Source: Acidobacteriota bacterium | GTDB taxonomy: Bacteria > Acidobacteriota > UBA6911 | Direction: 5' to 3' | Length of the DNA: 64,000 nucleotides | Assembly (NCBI GenBank): GCA_963664705.1 | Contig: OY761556.1 | Location: 3,584,001-3,648,000, forward strand | The notes under the pieces: generated by a model | Seen by the model: only the letters and a program-made list of their open reading frames with translations | Database searches by the model: none | What the model was told of the DNA's origin: nothing | Program-made: the position numbers and the translations under genes | Part shown: piece by piece, positions 61,210 to 64,000 of the stretch | How the letters are laid out: every line of letters begins with the position of its first letter | Position numbering within the stretch: position 1 is the stretch's first letter

Positions 61210-62297
61210 AATTCATCGACGAATATCGCGATGCGAAGGCAGTGCAAAGTTATGCGCAGGCTCTGAAGCGCATCACTACAAAGCCCTGGACCATTATGGA
61301 AGTCTGCGGAGGGCAGACGCACTCCATTGTGAAGTTCGGCATCGATGAACTCCTTCCGTCCGATGTCACGCTCGTTCACGGCCCCGGCTGCCCGGTCTGT
61401 GTCACACCGGTGGAGTTGATCGAAAAGGCGATCGAGATCGCCTCCATGCCGGGCGTCCTGTTCTGCTCTTTTGGCGACATGCTTCGCGTACCGGGAATCT
61501 CCAAGGACCTGCTGACGGTCAAAGCCGCAGGCGGGGATGTGCGTATTGTCTATTCGCCGCTCGATGCGCTGAAGCTTGCCATCGACAACCCGAAGCGTGA
61601 GGTCGTCTTCTTTGCGGTTGGATTCGAAACTACGGCGCCGGCAAATGCCATGTCGGTTTTCCAGGCCAAGCAGCAGGGCATTAAAAATTTTACTCTCCTG
61701 GTTTCCCACGTCCTGGTTCCTCCGGCCATGGAGGCGGTTCTTTCTTCACCGGAAAATCGAGTCCAGGGGTTTCTGGCGGCAGGCCATGTATGCGCGGTCA
61801 TGGGCTACACGGAATATGAACCGATCGCGCAGAAGTATAAGGTTCCCATTGTTGTGACCGGGTTCGAACCGCTCGACATCATTCAGGGAATCTATATGTG
61901 CATTCACCAGCTCGAGGAAGGGCTTGCCGCCGTCGAAAACCAGTACTCCAGGTCCGTGCGAAGAGAGGGGAATCTTCCGGCACAGAAGCTGATCCGCGAG
62001 ATTTTCCATGTCGTGCCCCGAAAGTGGCGTGGGGTCGGAGAGATCCCCCAGAGCGGTTTGGGCCTCCGGGATGAATATTCAGAATTTGACGCAGAGCTGC
62101 GTTTCGGAGTGGCTCAACACACCGCCGATGAGCCGGCCGAATGCATGAGCGGGCTGGTCCTTCAAGGAATCAAGAAGCCGCACGAGTGCCCCGCTTTCGG
62201 CGCGCGCTGCACTCCGGAGCATCCATTAGGCGCCACCATGGTCTCCTCTGAGGGAGCCTGCGCGGCCTATTATCAATACCGACGAAGAACTCACTGA
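61206..62297 (+). CDS. hypD: Hydrogenase formation protein HypD
   Basis: [21 protein letters not shown] and SSEGAC. Confidence 0.98.
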   Translation: MKFIDEYRDAKAVQSYAQALKRITTKPWTIMEVCGGQTHSIVKFGIDELLPSDVTLVHGPGCPVCVTPVELIEKAIEIASMPGVLFCSFGDMLRVPGISKDLLTVKAAGGDVRIVYSPLDALKLAIDNPKREVVFFAVGFETTAPANAMSVFQAKQQGIKNFTLLVSHVLVPPAMEAVLSSPENRVQGFLAAGHVCAVMGYTEYEPIAQKYKVPIVVTGFEPLDIIQGIYMCIHQLEEGLAAVENQYSRSVRREGNLPAQKLIREIFHVVPRKWRGVGEIPQSGLGLRDEYSEFDAELRFGVAQHTADEPAECMSGLVLQGIKKPHECPAFGARCTPEHPLGATMVSSEGACAAYYQYRRRTH

Positions 62298-62309
62298 ACG
62301 GACCTTGCC

Positions 62310-63368
62310 ATGGATTCTGTTATAAAGCCGGGCGGATTTGTTTGCCCTATCCCGATTGAACAATATCCGAATGTACTGCTCGCGCATGGCGGCGGGGGCC
62401 GGCTGACCCAGCAACTCATCGAGAAGATGTTTATGCCGGCATTTGGGAACTCCCTGCTGGGATCGCGGCATGACGGCGCGGTCTTCCAGCTGCCGGGACA
62501 ACAGCTCGCCTTTACAACCGACTCTTATGTCGTCCATCCGCTCTTTTTCCCCGGCGGAGACATCGGGACGCTTGCCATCAACGGGACCGTCAACGATCTC
62601 GCCATGTGCGGCGCACGCCCTCTCTATCTGAGCGCCGGCTTTATTATTGAAGAGGGCCTTCCCATGGATACCCTGTGGAGGGTTGTGCAATCGATGGCCA
62701 GCGCCGCCCGCGAAGCGGGCGTGCAACTGGTCACCGGGGACACGAAGGTGGTAGACCGGGGCAAAGGGGATGGAGTCTTTATCAATACCGCCGGCATCGG
62801 TGTTGTCGAATCCAGGCAGCCGATTTCGCCCATAAGCGTGAAGCCCGGAGATGCCATCCTCCTGAGCGGCGATATTGGCAGGCATGGTATTGCCATCATG
62901 GCCGTCCGCGAAGGGCTGGAGTTTGAAAGCACAATCCTGAGCGATTGTGCCCCCCTGGCCGGCATTGTGTCCGCTCTGTTCTCCGGAGGAATTGAAGTCC
63001 ACTGCCTGCGGGATCTGACTCGCGGCGGACTTGCCAGCGCTCTCGTCGAAATAGCAGAAGCCGCTCATCTGCACATTGAAATTGAAGAAGCCGCCATTCC
63101 GCTCCTCGAGGATGTAAAAGGAGCCTGCGAAATTCTTGGCTTTGATCCTCTCTATGTTGCGAATGAAGGACGTTTCATCAGTTTCGCACCCGCGAACCAG
63201 GCCGAACACGCGCTGCAGCTTTTGCGAAGTCATCCTCTGGGGGCGCAGGCCTGCATCATCGGGACCGTGATGCATGACAACCCTGGACTCGTAACGATGC
63301 GAAGCCGCATTGGCGCCACCCGCGTCGTGGATACCCTCAGCGGAGAACAACTCCCCAGAATCTGCTGA
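62310..63368 (+). CDS. hypE: Hydrogenase maturation protein HypE
   Basis: HGGGG, TTDSY, GDTKVV, RDLTRGG and C-terminal PRIC. Confidence 0.98.
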   Translation: MDSVIKPGGFVCPIPIEQYPNVLLAHGGGGRLTQQLIEKMFMPAFGNSLLGSRHDGAVFQLPGQQLAFTTDSYVVHPLFFPGGDIGTLAINGTVNDLAMCGARPLYLSAGFIIEEGLPMDTLWRVVQSMASAAREAGVQLVTGDTKVVDRGKGDGVFINTAGIGVVESRQPISPISVKPGDAILLSGDIGRHGIAIMAVREGLEFESTILSDCAPLAGIVSALFSGGIEVHCLRDLTRGGLASALVEIAEAAHLHIEIEEAAIPLLEDVKGACEILGFDPLYVANEGRFISFAPANQAEHALQLLRSHPLGAQACIIGTVMHDNPGLVTMRSRIGATRVVDTLSGEQLPRIC

Positions 63369-63543
63369 CAGTCGTTCCCGAAGAGGGCAGAAAAGCGGCC
63401 ACGAATTTCCACAAATTGCACGGAGAGCCTCCGAGTTTCCTAGAGCGAGGCGCATCGGCGCTCTGCTTTGAGATTAAACAATTTCGTAATTCGCAATTTG
63501 GGCAAAATGAGGTAGGCTGAAAATATTCCAAAGGAGCAGCACA

Positions 63544-64000
63544 GTGGCATTAGCGCAGCGGTTCCAGGAAATCCGAAAGGGCTTTCAGTCGACCTTCTGG
63601 GTGGCCAATATCACAGAGCTTTTCGAGCGCCTGTCCTATTACGGGGTAAATGCAGTTCTTGCCATCTACCTGAACGAAACGCTCAAGTTCTCCCAACAAC
63701 AAACCGGTGAGATGATCGGCTTTTTCGGCGGAGTCGTCTGGTTCCTGCCGATCATCGGAGGGACTCTTGCCGACCGGCTCGGATTTCGACGCTCGTTGGC
63801 CGGCGCCTACCTTGTCCTGGCGCTCGGTTACTTTTTGCTTGGCTCTCTGTCCGCCTCATGGATGGAGCCTCTGAAGCAAGCCCTGCCGCTCGCGGTAGTC
63901 GTGCAACTGATACTCTGCGTGCCGGCCCTCGGCCCCGCCATCGTAAAGCCGTGCGTTGTCGGCACCACGGCGCGGGCCTCCAGCGAAAATGTCCGCTCGC
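63544..64000 (+). CDS. MFS transporter, POT/PTR peptide-transporter-like (runs off the window edge)
   Basis: Manual translation from GTG 63544 after AAGGAG: ...FWVANITELFERLSYYG...GGTLADRLGFRRS (ExxERxxYY motif). Confidence 0.85.
   Translation, partial: MALAQRFQEIRKGFQSTFWVANITELFERLSYYGVNAVLAIYLNETLKFSQQQTGEMIGFFGGVVWFLPIIGGTLADRLGFRRSLAGAYLVLALGYFLLGSLSASWMEPLKQALPLAVVVQLILCVPALGPAIVKPCVVGTTARASSENVRS

Noticed and set aside
58303-63455. Long minus-strand ORFs (58303..59310, 62226..63455)
   Set aside because: They are antisense to hypB/hypF and hypE and show no recognisable motifs
1-64000. CRISPR arrays, tRNA/rRNA genes, prophage or transposase genes
   Set aside because: No regularly spaced repeats, cloverleaf or rRNA signatures, or integrase/transposase motifs were seen by eye; a tRNAscan-SE or Infernal run would be needed to exclude small RNAs

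Overview
A gene-dense bacterial chromosomal segment of mostly housekeeping and cell-envelope genes, about 56 CDSs. An acidobacterial-type VWA protein and a diderm gene set suggest Acidobacteriota, which is an inference. I found no rRNA, tRNA, CRISPR array, prophage or transposase. Recognisable genes include an MdtB/C-type RND permease, pepF, gcvP, plsC, dodecin, trmO, archaeal-type DNA topoisomerase VI (top6B-top6A), murG-mraY-murJ, gpmA, uppS, a TolC-family protein and a complete hypABFCDE operon. The most notable observations are: (1) a DUF1573 gene split by an in-frame TGA in an S-U-G-C motif with a SECIS-like hairpin, a probable selenoprotein; (2) a stand-alone lipid II module outside the dcw cluster, with MurG fused to HEAT repeats, a divergent MraY and MurJ; (3) a ~2280-aa TamB-POTRA-Omp85 fusion; (4) a membrane protein-wHTH-uppS operon with a repeated palindromic operator; (5) a ~110-bp MITE family, one copy inserted with an 11-bp target duplication into a REP-like repeat whose empty allele is also in the window; (6) a stand-alone ZRANB3-like HNH nuclease. 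All family assignments come from motif recognition by eye, not database searches.
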